From Polyangiaceae bacterium (lineage in GTDB: Bacteria; Myxococcota_A; Polyangia; Polyangiales; Polyangiaceae): a DNA stretch of 64,000 nucleotides. The notes below the pieces were generated by a model. The model made no database searches. It saw only the letters and a program-made list of their open reading frames with translations, and was not told the origin of the DNA. The stretch covers positions 73,361 to 137,360 of the forward strand of contig JBILLK010000030.1 of assembly GCA_044376115.1 (NCBI GenBank), given 5' to 3'. The translations under genes were made by a program, and so were the position numbers. This document shows positions 19,892 to 29,982 of this stretch, piece by piece; the stretch's first letter is position 1, and each line of letters starts with the position of its first letter.

Positions 19892-20566
19892 TCACGCCAG
19901 CAGCGGCTTGCAGAACTCCAGCGTGCGCGACCACGCGAGGGCTTCCGAAGCCGGGTGATAGACCGTGGGATCGGCGCGCCGCATGAAGGCGTGCGCGCCC
20001 TCGTAGAAGTGGAGTTCGAACGAGCAGCCCGCCTCCGTGGCCTTCTCCTGCACGGCTTTTACCCGCTCCTGCTCGAGGTGCGCGTCCACCTCGGCGTAGT
20101 GGCCCAAGATCGGCGGTGTGCTGGCGCTGAAGGTCTGAAAGCTCCGGATGGGCAAGCCATAGAACGGCACCGCGCAAGCAAGGCCGGGAACCGAGCAAGC
20201 GCCGGCAATCGCTAGGCCGCCACCGAGACAGAACCCGGTGATGCCGACCTTACCGTTGCAGCGAGGATGGTTCTGCAACGCGTGGAGAGCGCCAGCGACG
20301 ACCTTCATCGCGGCGGCGGTCTTCATCTCGGTGACCAGCGTCATCGCATGTTCGGCCGTGGTGGCGACCTGCCCGCCGTACACGTCGATCCCGAGCGCCA
20401 GGTAGCCCTCCTCGGCGAAGCGGTCGCACAGTCGACGAATGTCGTCATTGAGCCCCCACCATTCGTGAACGACGATGATCGCGCCTACCGGGCCTTCCCC
20501 CGCCGGGACGGCGAGCGCGCCAACGCTGGGCAACCCTTCTGCATCAAACGTGATCGGCTGTGTCAT
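19892..20566 (-). CDS. Dienelactone hydrolase family protein
   Basis: HEWWGLN, GFCLGG, HAF. Confidence 0.92.
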   Translation of the reverse strand: MTQPITFDAEGLPSVGALAVPAGEGPVGAIIVVHEWWGLNDDIRRLCDRFAEEGYLALGIDVYGGQVATTAEHAMTLVTEMKTAAAMKVVAGALHALQNHPRCNGKVGITGFCLGGGLAIAGACSVPGLACAVPFYGLPIRSFQTFSASTPPILGHYAEVDAHLEQERVKAVQEKATEAGCSFELHFYEGAHAFMRRADPTVYHPASEALAWSRTLEFCKPLLA

Positions 20567-20661
20567 TCCCACCGGTGTATCAGCACTCCTGTGCCGAACG
20601 AAAGCTCGCACGGTTGTGTCGCAGCTTGTCGCAAGCTCGTGTTGGCCCCACAGTCGGTCGC

Positions 20662-21453
20662 ATGAAACCTCGCTACGACAACATTGGCGCAGGCTATGGC
20701 CGCAGTCGGCGGGAGGACCCGCAGGTCCTTGCTCGCATCCAAGCAGCGCTCGGCTCGGCTCGCACAGTCGTCAATGTCGGCGCGGGCGCGGGCTCCTACG
20801 AGCCGGCGGAGCGACATGTGATCGCGATCGAGCCCAGCGATGTAATGGCTGGCCAGCGTCCGCGCTCGAAGGCGCCGGCCATCCGAGCGAGCGCGGGCGC
20901 GCTGCCACTGCGCGACGGCTCTGTCGATGCGGCGATGGCGGTGCTCACGGTGCATCACTGGGACGAAGAGCGCGAGCGCGGCGTACGAGAGCTGCGGCGT
21001 GTCTCGAGTGGACCCGTCGTGATCGTGACGTGCGACCCTCGCGTGAGCGGTCAGATGTGGCTGATGCGTGACTATCTCCCGGAGGTCGCCGAGCTCGATC
21101 TGCAGACCTTTCCGCTGCCCGAGCAGCTCGCTGAGTGGCTCGGCGGTGATGCGCAGGTCGAGGTCGTACCGATCGCGCGAGACACGCCGGACTGGTCCTT
21201 GATGTCGTTTTGGGCGCACCCCGAGCGCGTGCTTGATCAGGGCGCCCGCAACGCGACCTCGGGGTTCGCGCGGATGACCGAGGCGGTCGTGGACCGTGTC
21301 GTCGGCGGCGTAAGCCGGGACCTCGCGTCTGGCGAGTGGGATCGGAGGTACGGTTCGCTTCGTGGGCTGCGCGACTTCGACGCCGGCTTGCGAATCGTGA
21401 TCAGCTCAGGCGACCGCTCGCCGTGGCCACGTCAACCCGATGGTGAGGCCTAG
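20662..21453 (+). CDS. Class I SAM-dependent methyltransferase
   Basis: VVNVGAGAGSYE, LPLRDGSVDA, HHW. Confidence 0.9.
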   Translation: MKPRYDNIGAGYGRSRREDPQVLARIQAALGSARTVVNVGAGAGSYEPAERHVIAIEPSDVMAGQRPRSKAPAIRASAGALPLRDGSVDAAMAVLTVHHWDEERERGVRELRRVSSGPVVIVTCDPRVSGQMWLMRDYLPEVAELDLQTFPLPEQLAEWLGGDAQVEVVPIARDTPDWSLMSFWAHPERVLDQGARNATSGFARMTEAVVDRVVGGVSRDLASGEWDRRYGSLRGLRDFDAGLRIVISSGDRSPWPRQPDGEA

Positions 21454-22446
21454 CCCGAGCACAGTGAGGCCCACGAGACCAAAGGCGATAGCGCGGTGGC
21501 GCTCTCCCGCGGCGATTAACTCGCGCGTGCGCGCTGCCTTATCCTTGCTCTCGCGCAGCCGCAGCTCGAGACCGGCTTGGTCGTAGCAGAACTCGCCGGT
21601 GCTTTCCTTGGGAGTGCGTCCTGTTCTTAGCCAGGTTTCTTTCGTAACCACGGCGGCATCGATGCACATGCAAAAATACTTGTCCCGCGTCTCACACGCG
21701 GGAGGTGGTTTGCCGCTCTTCAAATCAGCGAGTGATTGCTCCCAATGCTTGATGCTCTGCTCGTCGGAGCGCTGGCTCGAGGGGCCGTATCGGAGGCAGG
21801 ATTGCCCAGTCTCCCAGTGATAAAAGGCATAAAGCAAGACACCGAGCGCAACCACCGTCGCTATCAGGATGCTCTTCAACTGTTTGCGGAACCCGCGGTC
21901 CTTGAGTCTGCGCGCACGTTGAGCGGGCCAGCCTTGCAGCCAACTCGCGAAGTAGGGCTGCTTCGCCGGGTCGACTGGCAACGTGCGCTGCATGACGGCC
22001 TCGCTTAGCCACTGGAAGTAATGCTGAGCCTCCATCGGTCCGGCCATGAAGCCTGGCGTGCTTCCGAACGCGTCGTAGCGGCAGGACCGCCCACCGAGAG
22101 GGCCGCAGCGGTCGAACGGGTGCAGCTGCACCGCGCGTCCCGCCGACAGGCCTTCCACCTTGCCGATCTCCACTTCACCCAGCTCGTCGAACCACCAGGA
22201 GATAACCGGACGGTTGAGCCACGGCTTGAGCGCCGCGCTCGTCAGTAGCATCGCGAACTCAGCCTCTGCCTCGGTCAAGAGCAGCCGCCGATCCGTGCCC
22301 ACTGCGACGTAATGCGCATAGAGCTTCGGAACACCGAGCACGTTGAACGAAAGGGGCTGCATGAGACAGCCAACCCAGCGAACGACTTCACCCGGCTGAA
22401 GCAAGGGCGCGACGTAACCGCTGGCAAGTGAATCCATGGGGTGCAT
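21406..22446 (-). CDS. Hypothetical membrane protein (N-terminal soluble domain plus two TM segments)
   Basis: Long ORF with two hydrophobic segments flanking a Cys-containing loop. Confidence 0.6.
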   Translation of the reverse strand: MHPMDSLASGYVAPLLQPGEVVRWVGCLMQPLSFNVLGVPKLYAHYVAVGTDRRLLLTEAEAEFAMLLTSAALKPWLNRPVISWWFDELGEVEIGKVEGLSAGRAVQLHPFDRCGPLGGRSCRYDAFGSTPGFMAGPMEAQHYFQWLSEAVMQRTLPVDPAKQPYFASWLQGWPAQRARRLKDRGFRKQLKSILIATVVALGVLLYAFYHWETGQSCLRYGPSSQRSDEQSIKHWEQSLADLKSGKPPPACETRDKYFCMCIDAAVVTKETWLRTGRTPKESTGEFCYDQAGLELRLRESKDKAARTRELIAAGERHRAIAFGLVGLTVLGLGLTIGLTWPRRAVA

Positions 22447-22607
22447 GTCGCCGACGTTTACGTCTGCGGCTGCGAGAAGCTGTCTCGCAAATTTGCGACA
22501 GGCGGATGCAGATTTGAGACGCCTTGCGCGAGCATGGGCGCGCAGCAGTATTGCGCTTTGCTTTCGACGACCGTGCGCAGGCTGCCCTGACCGCCTACCA
22601 TCGCCGA

Positions 22608-23042
22608 ATGAACGCCAGCCGCTTGGGGACGTGGAGCTTGATGCTGGTCGTTGCGGCCTGCGGGTCGTCGGCCGAGGTGGATTCGAAGCGATCTTCGGCT
22701 AGCGCGGGCAGCGCCAGCGCGATCTCCTCGGGCTCCCCTGTTGCGGCGGCCTCTGCGAGTTCGAGCCCAGCTGCAGCCGACTGCGCAGAGCTGCGTAAGG
22801 CGGTGGTGACCGAAGCCGGCAAGCTCGGCGCGTGCACCGCGGACAGCGACTGCAAGGTCCACTCGATCGGTGTGTGCGACTTCGTCGAGCTCGATTGTTA
22901 CGCCGCGCATGTCAACCAGGGAAGCCCCGCCGGGCTCGACGCGGCCGTCAGCGCCTTCAAGCAGAGCTGCCCGTTCGACAAATGCAAATGCGGGTTGCCG
23001 CCGAAGAGCGTGTGCAAGAGCGGCAAGTGCACCGCCGGCTGA
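22608..23042 (+). CDS. Small Cys-rich lipoprotein
   Basis: LVVAA-C lipobox, Ser/Ala linker, CTADSDC. Confidence 0.7.
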   Translation: MNASRLGTWSLMLVVAACGSSAEVDSKRSSASAGSASAISSGSPVAAASASSSPAAADCAELRKAVVTEAGKLGACTADSDCKVHSIGVCDFVELDCYAAHVNQGSPAGLDAAVSAFKQSCPFDKCKCGLPPKSVCKSGKCTAG

Positions 23043-23167
23043 TCGAATCCGAAGACAGCGCGTGTTGAAAGCGGCTTTGCGCGTCTGGCGCTGGCGCTAT
23101 TGCGCGAGCTGAACCCGAGTGCGTTGGGTGTAGCCGTCACGCGGCTGCGTGCGTAGTTCTTCCGCCT

Positions 23168-24655
23168 ATGCTCGTTCGCCCTCGGTCTTACCTGCCGAAC
23201 TTCATCACGGTGCTCGCGTCGGTCGCCACAGCTTGCGTCGGCGGTAGTGTTGCGGGGCTGCAGGGGCCGGTCAGCGTCGATCTCAAGGCCGAACCCGTCG
23301 CAGCGAGCGAGCAGGCGCCCGATGGGAAAAAATTCGGCCAGCGGTTGGATTTGAACCTGCTGATGCCTGCGCAGGATGGCGACTCGCTCGTCGCCTGGAG
23401 CTCGATGACGACGGATGGTGGCAAGCGCTTGTTGTGCGGGATCCGCCTCTCGACCATGAGCGCCTACTGCAGCGAAGAGGCTCTGGAGATCGAAGTAAAG
23501 AGCGTCTCCGCGAAGTACGTCGTTCTTGTGACTCCGGGTTCGCTCGTGGTGCGCGAGGTGTTTTCATCACGGGTGGTGGCAGAACATGCGCTGGAAAAGC
23601 CTGTGCTCCACGCAGCCCTCAGCCCCGACGACCGTCACTTGGCTTTGCTCGATGAAGCGGGGCAGGGCCGGCTCTTGCGGCTCGAGGACGGCCGTCTGAT
23701 GGCGGCGGCGACGGCTAGCGCGCCGATCTCCGCGAGCGACTATGAGGGCGTCGGAGGGTCGTCGGTGACCTGGCTCTCCTCGCAACGCGTCGTCTTTTCG
23801 GGCCGAGGTGCACCAACGCTGGTGAGCCTGGGAGGCTCATCGCAATCGACCTGGACGCGGCTTGCCATCGGCTCATCGGCGGCATGCAGCCGTGCGGAGC
23901 TGTTCGAGGACGCGTTGCTCGTGGTCGCCTGCGACGGTCAGGTCGGCCTCTTCGATCCAGCGTCCGGTGCAGAAAAGGCGCAGCTACAGAGCGGGACGCG
24001 TTATCGCGGTATGCGTGCCGTGTCGCTTCGTACGGCGGGCAAGCGAGTGCTCGTCCACTACAAGCGCTTCGGAGCCCCCAACAACCTTGAGCTGTTCGAA
24101 CCGCTCGCGAGCAAGCCACTCGTGTGGAGCCAGTCGGGGGACGTGTCGAATGCGGACCTGCGCGCCGATGGGCGCGTCGGCTGGCAGATCTATCGCGAAC
24201 TCTACGGCGGGCCAGAGCTGCAAGCGTTTGAGAAGGACCTCACGAGCGAGCCGCAACGGCTCAAAGGGTCCTTTATCGCTTGGTCGGGTAAGAACGTGGT
24301 GGTTGAAGAGGAGAGCGTGAAACTGCGTGTGGACGGCCGTTCGGTGTTTGAGCACTACGCAAGTTGGGCGCCCGAGGCGAACACTGTGCAACGGGGAAGG
24401 TTTCTTTGGGTGAGCGGCGGTAGCAGCATGGTTCGAATCACCGATGGGGACGCCGAGCCGTTGGTGTTCGACGTCTTCGGCTCGGTGAACGCTCCGCTCG
24501 TGAAGCGCGTAGCACCGACACTGCCGCCGCCTCGCAGTCCGTCTCGCGCAGATGATGGCGTGCCCCCGGTGGAATGGGTCGACGCCGGCGCGGTCGAGGG
24601 AAACAGTGAGGTTCGGACGAACGAGAAACCCGCTGTCGCCCCAGCCTCGCGCTAG
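23168..24655 (+). CDS. Beta-propeller (WD40-like) lipoprotein
   Basis: VATA-C; ALSPDDRHLA and LFDPASG blade-like motifs. Confidence 0.6.
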   Translation: MLVRPRSYLPNFITVLASVATACVGGSVAGLQGPVSVDLKAEPVAASEQAPDGKKFGQRLDLNLLMPAQDGDSLVAWSSMTTDGGKRLLCGIRLSTMSAYCSEEALEIEVKSVSAKYVVLVTPGSLVVREVFSSRVVAEHALEKPVLHAALSPDDRHLALLDEAGQGRLLRLEDGRLMAAATASAPISASDYEGVGGSSVTWLSSQRVVFSGRGAPTLVSLGGSSQSTWTRLAIGSSAACSRAELFEDALLVVACDGQVGLFDPASGAEKAQLQSGTRYRGMRAVSLRTAGKRVLVHYKRFGAPNNLELFEPLASKPLVWSQSGDVSNADLRADGRVGWQIYRELYGGPELQAFEKDLTSEPQRLKGSFIAWSGKNVVVEEESVKLRVDGRSVFEHYASWAPEANTVQRGRFLWVSGGSSMVRITDGDAEPLVFDVFGSVNAPLVKRVAPTLPPPRSPSRADDGVPPVEWVDAGAVEGNSEVRTNEKPAVAPASR

Positions 24656-24668
24656 ACTCCGCGCTCTC

Positions 24669-26087
24669 GTGAGCACGCCACTCGTCCTCGTACCAGGCTC
24701 GATCTTCGCCGGAGACTTCCGCATTGAGCGGCCTCTCTCCGAGGGCGGGATGGGCATGGTGTACGTCGCCTTCCAGCTTTCGACCGGGAGAGAGCGCGCG
24801 TTGAAGCTGTTGCAGCCCAGCCTCGCCGCGAGCGTCGACGCGCATCGGCGCTTCGAGCAGGAGGCGCGGATCGGCGGGCAGATCGAGAGCGAGCACATCG
24901 TTGAGGTGGTCGCAGCCGGTGTTGACGCCACCACCGGCGCGCCGTGGCTGGCGATGGAGCTCCTGCAAGGAGAAACGCTCGCGGCTTTCCTGGAGCGGCG
25001 CGGGCCGCTCGACGCGCACGCAGCGCTGGAGCTCTTCGCCCAGCTCACGCACGCCATCGGGGCTGCGCACGACAAGCAGATCGTGCATCGCGATCTCAAG
25101 CCGGAGAACCTGTTCCTCGTGACCGGACGCAGGGCCGGCGGAGCCTTCACTTTGAAGGTGCTCGACTTCGGTATCGCCAAGCTCGTCGATCAAGCGCGTA
25201 GATCGGCGACCGGGGCGATCGGCACGCCGCTGTGGATGGCGCCAGAGCAAGCGCAGTCGGGCCAGCAGGTGACGCCTGCTACCGACGTTTGGTCGCTGGG
25301 GTTGATCGCCTTCCGGGCGCTCTCCGGCAAGTGTTTTTGGCGCGCAGCGAACGACGCTGAGGCCGGCAGCATGCAGGTCTTCAGCGAGATGATGGTGGAG
25401 CCGATCCCAGCGGCGAGTACGCGTGCACAAGAGCTCGGCGCCGCCCCACTGCCGGCCGGGTTCGACGCATGGTTCGCCCGCTGTGTGTGCCGCGAGCCGA
25501 TGCAGCGCTACCAGCATGCAGCTGCCGCGCAGCAAGCTTTGACGTACGTGCTTTCACCAGAGTTGCAGGTCACAGTGCTCGCGGCGCCGAGCGTGGCGCC
25601 CGCAGCCAAGCGAGCAAAGGTCGCGACGCTCGTCGGTGTTGCGGCGCTCGGGATTACGTTGGCCGGCGTCGGACTGGGCGTGCTCGCATTGCGCGGTAAG
25701 GGCTCACGCAGCTTTGGTGCAGACGCAGTGGCCACGGACTCTGCGGCCGCGGCTTCGGAGTCTCCCTCCTCGGGCAGCACCGCTGCAACGGTGACGCCCT
25801 CCGCAGCGTCAGCGGTCGCAACCTCTTCTGCCGCGCTCAGCGACGATGCGATCGGTATCCCCGAGTGTGACGAATACATGCGCTTGTGGCGCGACTGTTA
25901 CAAAGACCCGCTCACCCGGGCGCGTGCGGAGGCTGGCTTCAAACGCATGACAGCCGACTACCAAAGGCTCGCGGCTGGTACTCCCAGGGAACGCGAAGAC
26001 ACCCGCGCTTCGTGCGAGGACAGCGTGAAGAAATTCCCGCACGCAATCTGCCGAATGAGCGTCCCCGAAAAACGGGGTGGCCGCTAA
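24669..26087 (+). CDS. Ser/Thr protein kinase with TM and GIPECDEY C-terminal domain
   Basis: EGGMG, HRDLKPEN, DFG, GTPLWMAPE. Confidence 0.95.
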   Translation: MSTPLVLVPGSIFAGDFRIERPLSEGGMGMVYVAFQLSTGRERALKLLQPSLAASVDAHRRFEQEARIGGQIESEHIVEVVAAGVDATTGAPWLAMELLQGETLAAFLERRGPLDAHAALELFAQLTHAIGAAHDKQIVHRDLKPENLFLVTGRRAGGAFTLKVLDFGIAKLVDQARRSATGAIGTPLWMAPEQAQSGQQVTPATDVWSLGLIAFRALSGKCFWRAANDAEAGSMQVFSEMMVEPIPAASTRAQELGAAPLPAGFDAWFARCVCREPMQRYQHAAAAQQALTYVLSPELQVTVLAAPSVAPAAKRAKVATLVGVAALGITLAGVGLGVLALRGKGSRSFGADAVATDSAAAASESPSSGSTAATVTPSAASAVATSSAALSDDAIGIPECDEYMRLWRDCYKDPLTRARAEAGFKRMTADYQRLAAGTPREREDTRASCEDSVKKFPHAICRMSVPEKRGGR

Positions 26088-26716
26088 AAGCTCCAGCTCA
26101 ACGAAGCCGCGCCAACACCGAGATTGAAGTTCGGCACCAGCCAGGACACGTTCTGCTGCGCGCCGTTGGCGATCATCACCGGCCCACCGATGCCGCCGGC
26201 GATACCGAACAGCAGCGTGGTCACGCCAAAGCCGACGAACGGCGCGGGATCAGCGCCACAGGCGTCGGCTGCAAAGCCGCCGTCGTGACAATCGGTGCCG
26301 GCTGCATCGGCGATCGAGAACAAGAAGCCTGAGCCGACCAAGAACAAGACGCCGAGCACCGTCACAGTGACTCCACCCGCGATCAGGCCGGTCGATGGGC
26401 CTAGCTCTGGTTGCGGCACTATCACATGGGTGGTGCTGCCAGGCGTTACCACCACGCGTTGTTCATCGGCGTCCCCGACCGCCTTACCCTGCGCATCCAC
26501 CAAAGAGCTACTGACGAACTTCCGTCCGGGAGTGACAGAGAAGAGCCCGTTGAATAGCTGCTTGGGAACAACGGTTCCGTCGACCTCCACCACCAACGTG
26601 GTCCCTTGCGGTAGCGAGGGAGGCGGATGAACCACCACGGCCGTACGCTCTTGGGCCGAGGCCAACGCAGGCGCAGAGAGGGTAGCGACCAACAACGCGA
26701 CGAGGACGGAGCGCAT
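26084..26716 (-). CDS. PEGA-like exported protein with hydrophobic hairpin and C-terminal Phe
   Basis: Signal ASA|Q, VEVDG...VTPG, ends ASLSWSF. Confidence 0.7.
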   Translation of the reverse strand: MRSVLVALLVATLSAPALASAQERTAVVVHPPPSLPQGTTLVVEVDGTVVPKQLFNGLFSVTPGRKFVSSSLVDAQGKAVGDADEQRVVVTPGSTTHVIVPQPELGPSTGLIAGGVTVTVLGVLFLVGSGFLFSIADAAGTDCHDGGFAADACGADPAPFVGFGVTTLLFGIAGGIGGPVMIANGAQQNVSWLVPNFNLGVGAASLSWSF

Positions 26717-26779
26717 TTCGCACGCAGTATACGCAGGTTGGCCCGCCGCGTGCCGACCTCGCGGCGGGCTAACAAAAGC

Positions 26780-27097
26780 TCAGCGGTGCTCGGGCTTCCG
26801 CTTCTCGGCGGGCACGTAATAAGGCTTGTAGCCCGTCTTCTCCAGCCACTCATTGCGCATCGGTTCTAGCTTGGACTGCTCCAGCCCGCTGTCTTTGAGG
26901 CCCATGTCGAGCGCCATGCTGGTCACCAAAGCACAATCGTGTTCAGCCGGCTTGAGCTTCAGCTCCTCGGTCATGTCCTTGCACATCTTGAAGGTCGACT
27001 CGTACTTCTCCATCGTCTTCTTGGCCTTCGCCTCGGGCGAACAGCCAACCAAGGGGAGCGCGAACGCGAGCACCAACGTGAGCCGATTCAATTTCAT
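26780..27097 (-). CDS. Small helical lipoprotein
   Basis: MKLNRLTLVLAFALPLVG-C. Confidence 0.7.
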   Translation of the reverse strand: MKLNRLTLVLAFALPLVGCSPEAKAKKTMEKYESTFKMCKDMTEELKLKPAEHDCALVTSMALDMGLKDSGLEQSKLEPMRNEWLEKTGYKPYYVPAEKRKPEHR

Positions 27098-27329
27098 GCG
27101 AGCTTGATAGTCGACGAACGGTGACGGCAGAAGCAAGAATGACGGTCGACTAACTAACTATCCCGTCGTGTAACGCTTTTGTGAATTGCTCAGCCGCTGA
27201 GCAACGCTGCGACCTTGATTGAAGAACTTACGGGCTCTCGATGCGAGAACAGCTGCATTGAAAAGAGTCGTGAGGATCGAAGGAGCTTTGAGTTCATGGC
27301 CGTTCGCGGGCGATGCTATCGCGTAATGC

Positions 27330-28583
27330 GTGGCATATTCGCTTTGGGCTGTTTGCACGCTAGCGGCGCTCTCGGCCGCCTGCGGCTCCGAAACGACGGG
27401 TAGCAGCGGTGGTGGAGAGCCACCTAGCTCTGGCGGTGGCGGTCAAGGTGGAGAAGGCGGAAGTGGCGGCGCGCCGATCCTCCCCGCCGCAGACCCGATC
27501 GGTTTCGTCGGCACAGCCGATATGAATGTCCGTCGGGTCAACCACTCGGCCACGCTGCTCGCCGATGGCCGGGTGCTGGTGGTCGGCGGGGACAATAGCT
27601 CGGGCGCCATGCTCGACTCGGTCGAGATCTTCGACCCGTCGAGTGAGAGTTGGTCCGAGCAACCTTCGCTACCTGAGCCGCGCTCCAACCATACGGCCAC
27701 GCTCTTGGACGATGGACGCGTGCTGATCGCAGGCGGTGGAACCACCTCCGCCATCGGTCTGCCCAACGGTGTTACCGCGCTCGATTCCGCGGTGGTGCTC
27801 GATCCGGCGACAGGGCTTTTCGACGAGGTTGGGCCGATGACTGACCCGCGCGCCGACCATCGCGCGGTGTTGTTAGAGGATGGACGTGTGCTCTTGATCG
27901 GCGGTTCCACCAACGAGATCGCTGAGAAGTGCACTGTGATTGCCAATTGCACTGTCGGCGCCTCCGTCGCTTCGGTGGATATCTTCGACCCGGCGAGCAA
28001 TAGCTTCAGCGCCACAGGCTCGCTTCAGGAAGGCCGCTATTCGGCGGTCGCCGCGCGCCTCGCCGACGGTAACGTGATCATCACGGGTGGGGTCGATAGC
28101 TTCACCAGCTTGGCAACGACGGAGCTGTACGACGTGGCGCGCGGCGACTTCACCCTCGTCGGGAGCATGAAGTACGAGCGCTTGTTCGGGACCGGAGCGC
28201 TCACGGGGAGCGGTAAGCTCTTGGTTGCCGGCGGTAAGAAAGCGGACGTTGCTCCGTACGCCCACACTGAGCTGTTCAACCCAACGAGCAACGATTGGTC
28301 GACGACGGAGGACCTCTCCCAGCCGCGAACGGGGGCCGAGGCCGTTACCTTGGAATCAGGCCGGGTGTTGCACATCGCGGGCTACAACCAGTTCGATCAG
28401 ACCACGGTCGCCGTGGTGGACGTTTTCGATGAAGCGACGGGCAGCTGGAGTGAAATCGGCTCGCTCGCAAAGAAGCGCTCCTCCTTCAGCGCAACGCGCC
28501 TCGGCGACGGACGCGTGCTGGTGTGCGGCGGGTTCTCGACCGGCTTGCCGCTTAAAGAGTGTGAACTCTCGGTCTCCGAATAG
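27330..28583 (+). CDS. Kelch-repeat lipoprotein
   Basis: About 7 repeats of RxxHxATLLxDGRVLxxGG. Confidence 0.9.
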   Translation: MAYSLWAVCTLAALSAACGSETTGSSGGGEPPSSGGGGQGGEGGSGGAPILPAADPIGFVGTADMNVRRVNHSATLLADGRVLVVGGDNSSGAMLDSVEIFDPSSESWSEQPSLPEPRSNHTATLLDDGRVLIAGGGTTSAIGLPNGVTALDSAVVLDPATGLFDEVGPMTDPRADHRAVLLEDGRVLLIGGSTNEIAEKCTVIANCTVGASVASVDIFDPASNSFSATGSLQEGRYSAVAARLADGNVIITGGVDSFTSLATTELYDVARGDFTLVGSMKYERLFGTGALTGSGKLLVAGGKKADVAPYAHTELFNPTSNDWSTTEDLSQPRTGAEAVTLESGRVLHIAGYNQFDQTTVAVVDVFDEATGSWSEIGSLAKKRSSFSATRLGDGRVLVCGGFSTGLPLKECELSVSE

Positions 28584-28586
28584 CCT

Positions 28587-29399
28587 TCATTGGCGCGGCT
28601 GGTCGGTGAGGGCGAGGCTCGTCCAAGCGACCATGGTGTCGGCCGTGACGGTGATTGCATAGTCGCCGGCGACGAGCTCGGTGGCGGCGCGGCTCGAGAT
28701 CCAGAGCACGCCGCTATCGAGCGGCTGCGGTGATTCGATCGCCGCAAAGGAAGCCGCCGGTACGCGGACTTCACCGCTCGCGCCGTCGAAGTCGCAGGCG
28801 ATGAAGTAGGACGGCCCATCTCCGCCGACCGAGGTGACGAAGTCGAGGTGCACCGCGCCCTCGAAGGGCGTGAAGGGCGCGACAAAGTCCTCGGCGAGCG
28901 ATTGCGGTCGCTCTTCTTGCCAGCCCGGCGTCTCGAACATGGCACCCGTTTGCAAGCTGACCTCGAACGCCGGTACCACGTTGCCTGAAGCCGTTACCGT
29001 CACCTCGCCTTCCGGCTGCCACAGGGTTGCGCTGCGGCCGAGCGAGTAGATGCCGGGCATATCCTCGTCGGCAGTGGCGTCGAAGATCCCACTGACCGAG
29101 AGCTCGCCGGCGCTGGCTTTGGCGGTCACTTCGGGTTGCAGGAAGAAGTTGCAGCCTGTGGTTTTGCACGAGCCTGCCTCGTGGATGAGCCCGCAGTTGA
29201 TCTCCGGCTCACTACCGAAGTACGCCGATAGGCGCGAACTGCCGCCTGGGGTCTTGACGCCGAGCGGATCGGCCGAGAGCTCAATCAAGCCCACCGAGGT
29301 TGGCTCAGGCGCAGGACCGCTACCCCCTTCGCCGTCGAGCGAATCGCTGCTCTCACCGCAGCCGACTAGTAGCAGTACGAAGAGGAAGCTCGCTCGCAT
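28587..29399 (-). CDS. Hypothetical lipoprotein
   Basis: MRASFLFVLLLVG-C; SAGELSV motif. Confidence 0.7.
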   Translation of the reverse strand: MRASFLFVLLLVGCGESSDSLDGEGGSGPAPEPTSVGLIELSADPLGVKTPGGSSRLSAYFGSEPEINCGLIHEAGSCKTTGCNFFLQPEVTAKASAGELSVSGIFDATADEDMPGIYSLGRSATLWQPEGEVTVTASGNVVPAFEVSLQTGAMFETPGWQEERPQSLAEDFVAPFTPFEGAVHLDFVTSVGGDGPSYFIACDFDGASGEVRVPAASFAAIESPQPLDSGVLWISSRAATELVAGDYAITVTADTMVAWTSLALTDQPRQ

Positions 29400-29492
29400 G
29401 CTGTCAGCCTAGCTGATTTGCGCGCGCCGCGACGAGCTTCGACGGATCGAGCCTCAACGTCGCTTCGGCACGACGCTCGCTAGGTGTGGACC

Positions 29493-29816
29493 ATGCGCGC
29501 ACCGTCCGTTGCCTGGAGCCTATTGCCCCTTCTCGTACTCGTCTTGTGCGCCTGTGCGCCGAGCGCCAATCCGCTGCTCGATCAGGCCTACAATGGCCGC
29601 GGCGTGGCCGGCTTTTGGCTCGGCCTGTGGCACGGCGCGATCGGCTGGATCACCTTCATCGTGTCGTTCTTCGACTCGAGCGTCTCGGTGTACGAGGTCA
29701 GCAATAGCGGTTGGCGCTACAACCTCGGCTTCCTGCTCGGGGCCGGTCTGTTCCATGGTGGAGGAAGCGTAACGGCCTCACGCCGCAGGCGAACCCAGGT
29801 CACAGTGCTGCGCTGA
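29493..29816 (+). CDS. Small membrane lipoprotein
   Basis: AGFWLGLWHG...VYEVSNSGWRYNLGFLLG. Confidence 0.75.
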   Translation: MRAPSVAWSLLPLLVLVLCACAPSANPLLDQAYNGRGVAGFWLGLWHGAIGWITFIVSFFDSSVSVYEVSNSGWRYNLGFLLGAGLFHGGGSVTASRRRRTQVTVLR

Positions 29817-29982
29817 TCGGCAGAGGCCGAGTCCGTGTGGCCATCCTGTCTCACGCACACGCGACAGATGTGGCCATTTGTCCCAATCGGCGACCCAGCC
29901 TGGGCTTCGCTGTCTTCGCGTCGTGACAGTTCGATGACCTGGCGCAGACCAAGGCGTGGCCTGCGCGTGCGATGACCGGCGG

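Noticed and set aside
19652..20215. 187-aa plus-strand ORF
   Set aside because: Overlaps the dienelactone hydrolase; the region is better explained by the frameshifted 19618-19859 gene
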